Shown: positions 1 through 9,809, counted from the first letter of the stretch. The stretch is 64,000 nucleotides of DNA from Chitinophagaceae bacterium (GCA_947447825.1 CANFLL010000007.1:10318-74317), one strand, 5' to 3'. The notes: generated by a model from the sequence alone, not told the origin. Program-made: numbers and translations.

Positions 1-112
1 ATAAATTCCTGATAGAGTATTTTAGTTTAGAATTATAAAAGATATCATCTAAACCCCAATATGAAAATTGATGCTTGCAAGCTGGTAAACGAACATTATT
101 AAGTGTTTCCAT
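1..112 (-). CDS. Partial small ORF directly downstream of the J-protein gene; possibly a CbpM-like chaperone modulator. Only the N-terminal 37 codons are in the window.
   Basis: ATG at 112..110 lies 12 nt after the stop of the upstream J-protein gene. Manual translation gives METLNNVRLPACKHQFSYWGLDDIFYNSKLKYSIRNL with no stop before the window edge. cbpA-cbpM synteny is known, but the sequence resemblance is weak. Confidence 0.3.
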   Translation of the reverse strand, partial: METLNNVRLPACKHQFSYWGLDDIFYNSKLKYSIRNL

Positions 113-124
113 ACGTTAAATAAT

Positions 125-1045
125 TTACATTTCTGTTTTATAGAGTTGTTTTAATGATTGGAATAAATTCCGTTGAGATTCGGTTAACCTTTCAGGTAAA
201 TTAACTTTTAATTGAATATATAGATCACCAAATTCATTTATTTTTCCATATATTGGCATCCCTTTTCCTTTCAAACGAATCGTTTTCTCATTTTGGGTGC
301 TTTCTGAAACCTTAATCTTTAGCTTTCCTGACAGCGTATTGACAAATATTTCTCCTCCTAATATGGCTTCAAAAAAATCAATTTTATGAGACATGAAAAT
401 ATCATCTCCTTTTCTTAGATACTCATTCGATAATCTAACTTTTATTCTTACTAGTAGGTCTCCATTCAATTCTACACTACTTCCCTTGCCTCCTTTTCCT
501 TTTATATTTAATAGCTGACCTTCAAATGATCCTGGCTTTGTTGTTACTCGCAACCTTTCGTGTTCTAAATGAATAATTCGACTTGATCCATAATATGCTT
601 CCTCTAGTGATATTTCTATTTCTGTTTCAAGAGTTGATCCACTAAAATTGCTTGAACTATTTCTTTTATTTTCATTTCCATAGCTTCTAGTTCTACCTGA
701 AAAAAAATGATCGAAAAAATCAGAGAATTCGTTTTGATTTTCTTCGTCAAAGCCAGTGTATTGTCTTTCTCTTTTTTTTGTACCTTCTCCAAAGTTATCC
801 CCTCCGTAATTTCCATCATGCTTTTCCCAACTTTCCCCAATTTTATCATACTGCTCTCTTCTTTTTGAGTCACTCAGTACCTCATTTGCTTCGTTCACAG
901 CCTTAAAACTTTCTTCAGCTTTATTGTCATCTGGGTTTTTGTCTGGGTGATACTTTAAAGCCAAAGACCTATAAGCTTTTTTAATTTGAGCTTGTGTAGC
1001 ATTTTTATCAACGCCTAGAACCTTATAATAATCTTTATATTTCAC
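125..1045 (-). CDS. cbpA: DnaJ-class co-chaperone, CbpA-like (J domain plus C-terminal substrate-binding domains, no Zn-finger region)
   Basis: N-terminal J domain reads KDYYKVLGV...[13 protein letters not shown] and carries the HPD motif. There is no CxxCxGxG repeat. At 306 aa it matches CbpA rather than full-length DnaJ. Confidence 0.85.
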   Translation of the reverse strand: MKYKDYYKVLGVDKNATQAQIKKAYRSLALKYHPDKNPDDNKAEESFKAVNEANEVLSDSKRREQYDKIGESWEKHDGNYGGDNFGEGTKKRERQYTGFDEENQNEFSDFFDHFFSGRTRSYGNENKRNSSSNFSGSTLETEIEISLEEAYYGSSRIIHLEHERLRVTTKPGSFEGQLLNIKGKGGKGSSVELNGDLLVRIKVRLSNEYLRKGDDIFMSHKIDFFEAILGGEIFVNTLSGKLKIKVSESTQNEKTIRLKGKGMPIYGKINEFGDLYIQLKVNLPERLTESQRNLFQSLKQLYKTEM

Positions 1046-1126
1046 TTTAGAAGGTTCAATAAAATTTTCAACTAATTGTTTTTTGCCTATAATGAATTCT
1101 TATTTAGATAGATGCTTAAAATAACT

Positions 1127-1483
1127 TCAATCTCCTTTATCCTCTTCTAGATTATCATGGTTTTCTCCTCCTAAACTATAATAGTTATTCTCTTCATCCT
1201 CGCTCCCAATGTTTTCATCTTCATCATCAAGTTCAGCCCCAGGTACATCTAGATCATTTCCCGTGGGTGCTTCACCAAACCTTAATTCATTATTTCTACT
1301 AAGTTTAGTTTTGTTTCTCAACTCTTTTTTTTGTGTGGTATTCTCAGGATCAACTTCCGCCGCTATCTCGTTATTTGAATAGGCATCCTCGTTTTTAGGA
1401 TAATGTGCAAACCCCTGAAATTTGTATTTTTCATTTACGCTAAGTTGTTGGTCTATTTTGTGTAATTTAATCTCCTTTTTCAT
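1127..1483 (-). CDS. Hypothetical highly acidic protein (D/E-rich C-terminus)
   Basis: 118-aa ORF, co-directional and tightly spaced with its neighbours (12 nt after the SHOCT gene). The C-terminal half is low-complexity and acidic (ELDDEDENIGSEDEENN). No recognisable domain. Confidence 0.55.
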   Translation of the reverse strand: MKKEIKLHKIDQQLSVNEKYKFQGFAHYPKNEDAYSNNEIAAEVDPENTTQKKELRNKTKLSRNNELRFGEAPTGNDLDVPGAELDDEDENIGSEDEENNYYSLGGENHDNLEEDKGD

Positions 1484-1495
1484 ATTAATAGTTTT

Positions 1496-1744
1496 TTATT
1501 TTCCTTCAGACTCTACATTCCTATTGCTAATGATATTTGTATCTAGGATTTTCTTTCGCTCTTTGTATTCCTCAGTAGTCATTTGCCCCATTGCATATCG
1601 TTGTTGTAAAATGTCAAGTGGGGAATCTTTCTTTTTTCGTTGACCGGGTACGTCATAAGGAAGAACAAAAATCCAAAATATCATTACTACCCAAATTCCC
1701 CACCAAATTGGATTCATTCCCCAATAATAATTACTGTAATACAT
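1496..1744 (-). CDS. SHOCT-domain small membrane protein
   Basis: W-rich TM segment (NPIWWGIWVVMIFWIFVL) followed by a C-terminal SHOCT-like motif (LDILQQRYAMGQMTTEEYKERKKIL). The ORF is open to 1786, but the ATG at 1744 gives the typical family N-terminus. Confidence 0.7.
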   Translation of the reverse strand: MYYSNYYWGMNPIWWGIWVVMIFWIFVLPYDVPGQRKKKDSPLDILQQRYAMGQMTTEEYKERKKILDTNIISNRNVESEGK

Positions 1745-1966
1745 AGTTGTACATTTTAAATTAATAAATATGGCTATTTGATTCAATGTAGTTTAGTTAA
1801 GAATAATGTGATTACTAAATACATCTGCGTTCTTACATTCAAATATTTATATAAAGTATTCATGACCCTTCTTTTGTGGATATCTATGCAAATCGCTCTT
1901 TGTTCATTATCCTTTATCATAACTAAGCGGCATTGTTATCAATAATTAAGTAAGATGGTGTATTTA

Positions 1967-2470
1967 CTAAAACCTAAGAGTAAATCCTACTTTTCCGCCA
2001 GAGAAGGCATTCCCTCCGCCAAACTCAAGATTTGCACCTAATCTTTTTGTTATATAATATCTACCTCCAATTTGAACGCCTAGCCCCAATCCTGAACTAT
2101 GATTTCCATTGTATCCTTTATCTGGTGAAGACCAATTGTAAAACCCTAGATTCAGCCCTGAATACAAATCAAATGGTGACGGGATTAGCAATATGTTGTT
2201 GAAATGATAATTTATATTTGCGGCTAAACCAGTGATATTTCTCCTGTAATTATTTTGACCCCAATATTCATTATAAGAACGAAATGAAATTTCACCCCCG
2301 AAACTTATATTCTTAATTAAACTAAAATCCATTCCGACATAAACTGGTGTTCCATATTCTGAAAGTCCAATTCCAATATTTAGTTGCGATTGAGCAGTTG
2401 ATAATGTTCGTTGACTAAACGAACTTTTTGTCATAAAAAATAAAACGATAAGTAAACATCCTGTTCTCAT
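1967..2470 (-). CDS. Outer-membrane beta-barrel protein (small porin/OmpW-like)
   Basis: Signal peptide, alternating hydrophobic beta-strand pattern, Gly/aromatic-rich, C-terminal ...GFTLRF ending in Phe. Confidence 0.7.
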   Translation of the reverse strand: MRTGCLLIVLFFMTKSSFSQRTLSTAQSQLNIGIGLSEYGTPVYVGMDFSLIKNISFGGEISFRSYNEYWGQNNYRRNITGLAANINYHFNNILLIPSPFDLYSGLNLGFYNWSSPDKGYNGNHSSGLGLGVQIGGRYYITKRLGANLEFGGGNAFSGGKVGFTLRF

Positions 2471-2720
2471 TATATTAATTAATTTGTTGAAGCATTCACA
2501 TACTAGAAAATATTTTTTATTTTCATTTTGGCATTATATAAATCCAATAAAAAACATTTAAGTATAAATGTTCATTTTTACATTGGTTGTAAAATATAAT
2601 GTCTGATTTGTGTTAAAAGAAAATTAGTCATTGTTAACTCTTTTTTCTGTTGTAAAGGTGGGGTTGTTTTAATAGTCGTTCGTTATACGATTCTATAGAT
2701 AATTTGTATAATAATTCGAT

Positions 2721-3272
2721 TTATGAGTTCTTTGATTTTTTAGTTTTCATTTCTTTAAAAAAATGAGCAGTTACGCCTGTTTCATTCTTAAATTGTGTAC
2801 ACAAATGCGATACACTTGAATAATTTAATTTAAAAGCAATATCCGTGAGAGTCATCTTTTCGTACAGAATTAACTCTTTTACTTTTTCAATCTTATGACT
2901 TATAATATATCTCTCAATTGATATTCCAGTACTTTCCATAAATAGCAATGCTAGTTTTTGGTAATTATAATTTAATTTCTCTCCAAGATATTCTGAATGA
3001 CTTTGTTTGGGTATCTCATCGGCATAATGTATCATCTCTATAATTACTTTCTTAATCTTATCAATTAACAAAGCCTTTTTGTCTTCCAAAAGCTCTAGCC
3101 CATGTTTCAAAAGTTTATTTCCAAGTGCAGCTTGTTCAGGAATAGTAAGTGTATTGACTGTAATTACTTCACCAAGCTCTATAGAAATATATTTTATACT
3201 TAACTCGTCAAGTAGCTGTTTTACAATCATTTTACAACGTATGCACACCATATATTTTACAAACAACTTCAT
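2721..3272 (-). CDS. AraC-family transcriptional regulator with an N-terminal CxxC (HMA-like) domain
   Basis: C-terminal AraC HTH (IAFKLNYSSVSHLCTQFKNETGVTAHFFKE). N-terminus YMVCIRCKMIVKQLLDELSI is typical of a short Bacteroidota AraC subfamily. Confidence 0.85.
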   Translation of the reverse strand: MKLFVKYMVCIRCKMIVKQLLDELSIKYISIELGEVITVNTLTIPEQAALGNKLLKHGLELLEDKKALLIDKIKKVIIEMIHYADEIPKQSHSEYLGEKLNYNYQKLALLFMESTGISIERYIISHKIEKVKELILYEKMTLTDIAFKLNYSSVSHLCTQFKNETGVTAHFFKEMKTKKSKNS

Positions 3273-3416
3273 ATTATGTAGTTTCCTGCAACCTAGTTTA
3301 TTTTTAGTTGCTAATTTTAATTAATCAATTTTAATGTTTTATATTAATTTCAAAGGCAACGGAAGGAGTAATCGTTTGTTTATAAAGGCATCAATATTTT
3401 TATAATCCACTTATTT

Positions 3417-5072
3417 CTAAAATAGTTTTTTTGACATTTTTTTATCAAGACCATATATGTCTTCCCTGAAATTCAATATCCCTTGCTCATCTACCCATGC
3501 GGTAAAATATTTAATTACAACCTGAACCTGTGGCTTTGCATTTACCCATTTTTCTTTATCCTGATTCATTAGCGATTTTATTGAATCAGTCGTATAGGCT
3601 GGCTGTCTTTTTAAAAGAAAGTTAGCCAATTTCTCTGGGCTTCCAATACGTATGCATCCATGACTGAAAGACCGCTTTGATTTTAGAAATACATCCTTAT
3701 TCGGAGTGTCGTGTAGATATATATTGTACTTGTTTGGGAAAAGAAATTTAACCTTACCTAATGCATTGTTAAATCCTGGTTTTTGTCTTATTTCAGGAAT
3801 TAAGCTGTTGTATTTAGTGATTTCCATATTATTATTCTTAAGGTAGTTTTTGTTTCTTGCCATTGCAGGAATCAATTCATTTTTTGTAATACTGGTTGGC
3901 ACATTCCAATATGGGCTAAAAACTATATAACTAATTTTACCACTAAATATGACAGTATTGTATACAGATGTTCCGACCACAACTGGCATACTAAAACTAT
4001 ATTTCCCAGAGTCATAAACACTAAGCTTATAGTCCGGAATATTTACCACAATTCTATCAGCATTAGCAATGTCGGGAGGCATCCATCGGGCTCTTTCCAT
4101 GTTTATTAATATCTTCTGGATCAATTCATAAAAGGTTAAATTCAACTTTTTGATTGTATTAGCATTAATATGACCATTTTCTGTTAGACCAAATCTTTTC
4201 TGAAAACGTTTTACAGCAAATACGAATTCAGTATCATAAAGTGGTAAAGTGTCAAGTTCTTGTGCATCACCCAATAAAAAGAGTCTTTTCTTGATAGAAG
4301 TGATTCTCGCATTGCTTTCCCCCTCCATTATTCTGGAATTAACTGGGATTGAATCCCAACTTGTATTCTTACTTAGTTTATTATACTTAATTAGGTAATT
4401 CTCTAAAAGTCTATATTGTTTATTGAGAGGTTCATATTCAGCAAATGGGCTTTTGTTGCCATCTACCAATGAGTCAAGTAGTTTTGTGATATTTATTTTT
4501 TTTCTTGGTATGAACCAACCCAAATCTTGTACATTTAAATTACTTCCATGATAAATTTTTTCGGCATATCGGAAAAATTGACCAGTCAGTTTCATCTCTT
4601 CTAGAAGTGAAATGCTATCATACTTATTCTTATTTTCAGTATCATCTCCATTAAGCCAATCATAGTTTTGTTGTAATCCAATATTATACAGTGAACTATC
4701 TTCTAATTGACTAATTAGGTCATTCTGGAGATTAAAAAAGTTGTGTGCCTGTTCCGTCATTCCATTCGAATCAAACCAAGCATATTCAAAATCTCTATGT
4801 TTATAGAAAATAAAGAATTGGTCTCTATATCTTTTTAATGAATCTTGATTTGAAATGAAATTTTCAAGTATCGTGCTGTCTAAAAAGCGATTATTGAAAG
4901 TAGTTTTTAAATTTATGCTATTATTAGTCGAGTGCGTTTTATTTGTGCCTGAATTGCAGCGTATAAAAAATATAGAAACTCCAAGATGGACGGTGATAAT
5001 TAAAAGAAAATTAAATACTGTGATTTTAATTGTTGCTAAATTCATAATCTTAAAACCCTTTTTTTTAAGCAT
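3417..5072 (-). CDS. L,D-transpeptidase (YkuD/ErfK domain) with a peptidoglycan-binding domain, YcbB-like
   Basis: Catalytic motif LHDTP...SFSHGCIRIG. PG-binding-like segment AVKRFQKRFGLTENGHINANTIKKLN. N-terminal membrane anchor. The start could be M1 or M10. Confidence 0.85.
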   Translation of the reverse strand: MLKKKGFKIMNLATIKITVFNFLLIITVHLGVSIFFIRCNSGTNKTHSTNNSINLKTTFNNRFLDSTILENFISNQDSLKRYRDQFFIFYKHRDFEYAWFDSNGMTEQAHNFFNLQNDLISQLEDSSLYNIGLQQNYDWLNGDDTENKNKYDSISLLEEMKLTGQFFRYAEKIYHGSNLNVQDLGWFIPRKKINITKLLDSLVDGNKSPFAEYEPLNKQYRLLENYLIKYNKLSKNTSWDSIPVNSRIMEGESNARITSIKKRLFLLGDAQELDTLPLYDTEFVFAVKRFQKRFGLTENGHINANTIKKLNLTFYELIQKILINMERARWMPPDIANADRIVVNIPDYKLSVYDSGKYSFSMPVVVGTSVYNTVIFSGKISYIVFSPYWNVPTSITKNELIPAMARNKNYLKNNNMEITKYNSLIPEIRQKPGFNNALGKVKFLFPNKYNIYLHDTPNKDVFLKSKRSFSHGCIRIGSPEKLANFLLKRQPAYTTDSIKSLMNQDKEKWVNAKPQVQVVIKYFTAWVDEQGILNFREDIYGLDKKMSKKLF

Positions 5073-5300
5073 TTCAATGTGGGCTGCTTAAAATGGATCA
5101 AGCGAAGTTGGGAGCATCAACAAAAAAATCTATTATGCAATTAATGAAATTAGTTATAATATTTACTTGTTTTAAAGATTGACAAGGAAACATTGGGACT
5201 AATTTTTATTTACACTTTTATAGGATTTTACTTTGCAATTTTGTATGACAAGTATAGGATTACAAGAAATTAAAACACGTGCTAGTTCAGTATGTTATAT

Positions 5301-5329
5301 AAAAAAGCCCCCGCAAAATTGCGGAGGCC
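5301..5329 (-). terminator. Rho-independent terminator of dnaK
   Basis: Hairpin gcccccgca-aaat-tgcggaggc with one mismatch, followed on the minus strand by TTTTTT. It lies 27 nt downstream of the dnaK stop. Confidence 0.75.
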
Positions 5330-5355
5330 TTCATTCACTCAAAACAACATTTATC

Positions 5356-7257
5356 TTATTTTACTTCTTCAAATTCTGCGTCAGTAACAGTTTCGTTTGA
5401 ATCTTGGTGAGCTTCACCTTGATGTCCACCATCTTGAGGAGCTCCACCAGCAGCAGCTTGTGCCTTGTACAAGTCTTCACTTGCAGCAGTCCAAGCTGCA
5501 TTCAATTCTTCCATTGCCTTATCTATTGAAGGAATATCTTGATTCTTGTGTGCTTCCTTCAATTTTTCTAGAGCAGATTCAATTGGAGACTTTTTATCAG
5601 CAGGAACCTTATCACCAAATTCTTTAAATTGTTTTTCAGTTTGGAAAATCAAGCTATCGGCAGCATTAATCTTCTCTACCCTTTCACGAGCTTCCTTGTC
5701 AGATGCTTCGTTGGCTTTAGCTTCGGCTTTCATTTTTTCAACTTCTTCCTTACTTAAACCACTACCTGCTTCTATGCGGATTTTTTGCTCTTTACCAGTA
5801 CCCTTATCCTTGGCACTTACGTGAAGCATACCGTTTGCATCAATATCAAAAGTAACTTCAATTTGAGGAACTCCTCTTGGAGCTGGTGGAATACCATCCA
5901 AATTAAACATACCCAAGCTCTTATTTTGAGAAGCCATTGGTCTTTCTCCTTGAAGAACATGTATTTGAACACCTGGTTGATTATCGCTAGCAGTAGAGTA
6001 AACTTCCGTCTTTTTGGTAGGAATTGTTGTGTTGCTGTTAATCATGGTTGTCATTACACCGCCCATTGTTTCAATACCCAAGCTAAGTGGAGTAACATCC
6101 AACAACAATACATCCTTAACTTCTCCTGTCAATACACCGCCTTGAATAGCAGCACCAATTGCTACTACTTCGTCAGGGTTTACGCCCTTGTGTGGTTTCT
6201 TGTTAAAGAATTTTTCTACTATTTCTTGTACCTTAGGAATACGTGTACTACCACCCACTAAGATAACCTCATCAATTTGAGAAATATTGTAACCAGCATC
6301 TTTCAATGCTGCTTCGCAAGGTTTCAAGCAACGAGCGAATAAGTTGTCAGCTAATGATTCGAACTTAGCACGAGTCAATTTCTTAACCAAGTGTTTAGGA
6401 ACGCCATCAACAGCAGTGATATAAGGAAGGTTAATTTCTGTTTCTGTAGAAGAACTCAATTCAACCTTAGCTTTTTCAGAAGCTTCTTTCAAACGTTGCA
6501 AAGCCATTGGATCTTTACGTAGATCGATGTTTTCTTCTGCCTTAAAATCAGCAGCCAACCAATCCATGATTACCTTATCAAAGTCATCACCACCTAAGTG
6601 AGTATCACCATTAGTAGATTTTACTTCAAATACACCATCACCCAATTCAAGTACAGATATATCGAAAGTACCTCCACCAAGGTCAAAAACTGCAATCTTT
6701 TGGTCAGCATGTTTCTTGTCCAAACCATAAGCCAAAGCCGCAGCAGTAGGTTCGTTCACAATACGTTTAACTACTAGGCCAGCAATTTCACCAGCTTCTT
6801 TTGTAGCCTGACGTTGTGCATCGTTAAAGTATGCAGGTACAGTAATAACTGCTTCTGTAACTTCAACACCTAAATAATCTTCTGCTGTTTTTTTCATCTT
6901 CTGCAAAACCATTGCAGAAATTTCTTGTGGTGTATACAAACGACCGTCTATATCAACACGAACGGTGTTATTGTCACCTTTAACTACTTTGTAACCCCAA
7001 TGAGAGATTTCTTCAGTTACTTCATCAAAACGACGACCCATGAAACGCTTCACCGAAGCAATTGTGTTTTGTGGGTTAGTGATTGCCTGACGTTTTGCGG
7101 CATCACCTACTTTACGTTCGCCATTCTTCAAGAAACCAACTATCGAAGGGGTGGTTCTTCTTCCTTCTTCATTAGCTATTACAACAGGTTCGTTACCTTC
7201 CATTACAGAGACGCAACTGTTCGTTGTACCTAAGTCTATTCCAATTATCTTTCCCAT
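5356..7257 (-). CDS. dnaK: Molecular chaperone DnaK (Hsp70)
   Basis: [22 protein letters not shown], and a full-length Hsp70 with a C-terminal EEVK-like tail. The ORF is open to 7293, but the canonical start [10 protein letters not shown] is at 7257. Confidence 0.98.
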   Translation of the reverse strand: MGKIIGIDLGTTNSCVSVMEGNEPVVIANEEGRRTTPSIVGFLKNGERKVGDAAKRQAITNPQNTIASVKRFMGRRFDEVTEEISHWGYKVVKGDNNTVRVDIDGRLYTPQEISAMVLQKMKKTAEDYLGVEVTEAVITVPAYFNDAQRQATKEAGEIAGLVVKRIVNEPTAAALAYGLDKKHADQKIAVFDLGGGTFDISVLELGDGVFEVKSTNGDTHLGGDDFDKVIMDWLAADFKAEENIDLRKDPMALQRLKEASEKAKVELSSSTETEINLPYITAVDGVPKHLVKKLTRAKFESLADNLFARCLKPCEAALKDAGYNISQIDEVILVGGSTRIPKVQEIVEKFFNKKPHKGVNPDEVVAIGAAIQGGVLTGEVKDVLLLDVTPLSLGIETMGGVMTTMINSNTTIPTKKTEVYSTASDNQPGVQIHVLQGERPMASQNKSLGMFNLDGIPPAPRGVPQIEVTFDIDANGMLHVSAKDKGTGKEQKIRIEAGSGLSKEEVEKMKAEAKANEASDKEARERVEKINAADSLIFQTEKQFKEFGDKVPADKKSPIESALEKLKEAHKNQDIPSIDKAMEELNAAWTAASEDLYKAQAAAGGAPQDGGHQGEAHQDSNETVTDAEFEEVK

Positions 7258-7566
7258 AATATTTATTTTTTCTTTCGCCGAAAAGTCAATCATTATGCCA
7301 CCACGATTTTAAATGTAAAAATGGCAGAATAGCACAAATAAACTGTTTTAATTGCTATGATTTCAAGCCTCTTTAGCAGAATTGACTGTTTTTGGGTGAC
7401 ATAATTGGTTTATGGATACTAAAAGTTGTTCTCGTTTAGGTTAAATAAAGAAAAAAAGTGAGTTATAATGTACTTTCTTTTTTTAGGAGCAAAAAATAAT
7501 ATTTACGAAATTTACTCATATACCGATTAGGTTTTAAAGTATAAAAATGAAAAATATAAGTACTTT

Positions 7567-7839
7567 ATAATATCGTATTTGGTATATGTGAAGCCTTCTT
7601 TGGTATATGTGAAGCCTTCTTTGGTATATGTGAAGCCTTCTTTGGTATATGTGAAGTTAATATTGGTATCAGTGTAGCCTTCTTTGGTATATGTGAGGTT
7701 AACATTGGCATCGGTGAAGCCTTCTTTGGGATATGTGAGGTTAACATTGGCATCGGTGAAGCCTTCTTTGGTATGTGTGAAGTAAACATTGGCATCCGTG
7801 AAGTAAATATTGGTATCTGTGAAGTAAGCATTGGTATCA
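7567..7839. repeat. Tandem array of 13 degenerate 21-bp units (core GTGAAG at exact 21-bp spacing)
   Basis: GTGAAG/GTGAGG/GTGTAG cores at 7588, 7609, 7630, 7651, 7672, 7693, 7714, 7735, 7756, 7777, 7798 and 7819. Three units are identical (tgtgaagccttctttggtata). Confidence 0.9.
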
Positions 7840-8149
7840 GGGTTGCGCAAAATAAAAGTCCCTTTTGTAGGCCCAACTTGGAGTCATTAGTATATCAGGT
7901 TTGGCGTAGTTACTTTTCTTTTCATTTCTGATTTGTGCGCAAAAAACTTTGCTATTACTGTGGTAATATTATCCTCCATTACAAATCCACAAAAGGCTTT
8001 GTTTCAATTCAAATTCTAATGTTATCATCTACTCCTTTTCGCTTCTAAAATCTTCTAAACAAATTTTCTTTCCATTATCCAAACAAATTAATAGCATTGC
8101 GCAGAAGTAAGGTTGCAGATTATATTAAATAGCAATATAAAAATAGATT

Positions 8150-8671
8150 ATGGAATTATTAGGCGTTGGTTCTCGCGTGGTGCATCCCGCTTTTGGCACT
8201 GGAGTGGTTATTAGATTGCACAAAAGGGTTTATGAAATTTGTTTCATCGATAAAGGCATTAAAACGGTGAACAAAGACTTCTCAATGGAGGTTATTGAAC
8301 ACATTGAGTCGGAATACAAAGAAAGTTTTAGTGAAGCTGAAGATGCCCTCATGAAAATTTTGCGTGTGTGGAGCGATGTGAATGAAGTGGTACCTATTGG
8401 CGATAAATGGGCAGGTGGAACTTTAGTGATGAAACCTGGTTCAACTACTTTAAAAGAAAAAGAAGTGCCTATTGATGTTTTTTTTCATAAAATAGTGATG
8501 CTTCGCGATAGGCTTCGTGTGCTGGAACAACGAATTAATAGCCACGATAAACTTACTGATGAGGATAAGGTAAATATGCAGCAATATATAACTCGTATTT
8601 ACGGTTCATTAACAACATTTAATGTGTTGTTTAAACATAAGATGGATTATTTTGAAGGGGAGAAATCATAG
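8150..8671 (+). CDS. Hypothetical protein
   Basis: 173-aa ORF with ordinary composition, no signal peptide and no domain recognised. Divergent from dnaK. Confidence 0.6.
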   Translation: MELLGVGSRVVHPAFGTGVVIRLHKRVYEICFIDKGIKTVNKDFSMEVIEHIESEYKESFSEAEDALMKILRVWSDVNEVVPIGDKWAGGTLVMKPGSTTLKEKEVPIDVFFHKIVMLRDRLRVLEQRINSHDKLTDEDKVNMQQYITRIYGSLTTFNVLFKHKMDYFEGEKS

Positions 8672-8801
8672 GTAGTTAACCGTTAACCGAAACACCGTTA
8701 AATATGATTGAAGCGAGTTGGTTCAAATTTTTATTAAAACATCTTAACGATACATAAGTTGGCAGTACATCGGTCAGCGGAATAGGTTAACTGTAAACAG
8801 T

Positions 8802-8809
8802 TAGTTTTG
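8802..8809 (+). promoter_or_regulatory. Candidate Bacteroidota -7 promoter element (TAnnTTTG) for the beta-lactamase gene
   Basis: TAGTTTTG is an exact match to the TAnnTTTG consensus, 21 nt upstream of the ATG at 8830. No clear -33 TTTG partner was found. Confidence 0.3.
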
Positions 8810-8829
8810 CAACCACTAAAATTTGTAGG

Positions 8830-9669
8830 ATGAAATTAAATATTGGGTATTTATGGATGGGGCTATTGTTCTTTGTATTGTTTTTTGCGGCTTGTTCGCC
8901 CAACAATGTTACGAAAGATGATAGCCTGAAAATTTATTTTGATAGCAGTAGAGTGGATGGATGCTTTGCTTTGTTTGATAATGGAACAGGACAATTTACG
9001 GTGTACAATCTGAGTAGATATAAGGATAGTGCTTATTTACCAGCCTCAACTTTCAAAATTGTAAACTCGTTGGTGGGCATAGAAACAGGCAGGATTGTTA
9101 ACGAAAAGATGGTAATTAAATGGGATGGTGTGGTGCGCAAACACGATAATGGAGACACCATTAAGGAATGGAATAAAGACCTAACCATGGCAGAGGCTTT
9201 CAAGGTTTCGTGCGTGCCATATTATCAAGAAGTTGCTAAGAGAATTGGGAAAGATACCATGCAACAATGGCTTGATAGCCTTAAATATGGCAACAGAAAA
9301 ATTGGGGGTAGCATCGATAGTTTTTGGTTGAATAACAGCCTAAAAATTACGCCCGATGAAGAACTTGGTTTGGTGAAAAAACTGTATTTTGGACAATTGG
9401 GGTTTCAAAAACGTACCCAAGAGATTGTGAAGAAGGTGATGCTTCAAGAAGATAATGCCAACTTTAAACTGTATTATAAAACAGGGCTTGGCTACAAAGA
9501 AAATGGAAAAGGTATTGGCTGGATAGTAGGCTGGATTGAAGAAAATCATCATCCATATTTCTTTGTGTTAAATGTTGAAGGAAACCATAACGCTGAATTG
9601 TGGAAGATCAGAAAGAATATTCTAATCAGTATATTGAAAAAGCAAGGCTTCTTTGAAGGAAAAAAGTAA
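8830..9669 (+). CDS. Class D (OXA-type) beta-lactamase, lipoprotein/secreted
   Basis: All four class D motifs are present in order: STFK (PASTFKIVNS), SxV (VSCVPYY), YGN (LKYGNRKIGG) and KTG (YYKTGLG). Signal peptide with a Cys lipobox (FFAACSPNN). Confidence 0.88.
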   Translation: MKLNIGYLWMGLLFFVLFFAACSPNNVTKDDSLKIYFDSSRVDGCFALFDNGTGQFTVYNLSRYKDSAYLPASTFKIVNSLVGIETGRIVNEKMVIKWDGVVRKHDNGDTIKEWNKDLTMAEAFKVSCVPYYQEVAKRIGKDTMQQWLDSLKYGNRKIGGSIDSFWLNNSLKITPDEELGLVKKLYFGQLGFQKRTQEIVKKVMLQEDNANFKLYYKTGLGYKENGKGIGWIVGWIEENHHPYFFVLNVEGNHNAELWKIRKNILISILKKQGFFEGKK

Positions 9670-9809
9670 CGGACAATTTATAATTGATAATTTACAATAG
9701 ATAATTGAAAATTTTGTCCACCATTAGTTCAGCTCTATTTCATCATAAATTTAATTGACAGTTAACATGTATTAATTGACAATTAGCACTTATCAATTTT
9801 AGATTATTA

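Noticed and set aside
5397-7233. Several 76-158-aa plus-strand ORFs antisense to dnaK, with similar antisense or overlapping ORFs inside most large genes (for example 616..873, 16386..16694, 23713..23985, 36532..36792, 57193..57558, 62116..62325).
   Set aside because: They lie wholly within well-supported conserved genes on the opposite strand or in another frame. Their composition is low-complexity or odd, and no motifs are recognisable.
7527-7876. Two overlapping minus-strand ORFs (107 and 103 aa) encoding heptad repeats (YTKEGFT… / HIPKKAS…).
   Set aside because: They lie entirely within the 21-bp tandem array. Because the period is a multiple of 3, any stop-free frame stays open. Two frames are open at once, and there is no non-repeat N- or C-terminal domain. 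I treat them as repeat artefacts.
8830-9669. Acquired or mobile origin for the class D beta-lactamase.
   Set aside because: There is no IS element, integron attC/attI, or transposon end nearby. By eye its composition looks like that of the surrounding genes.
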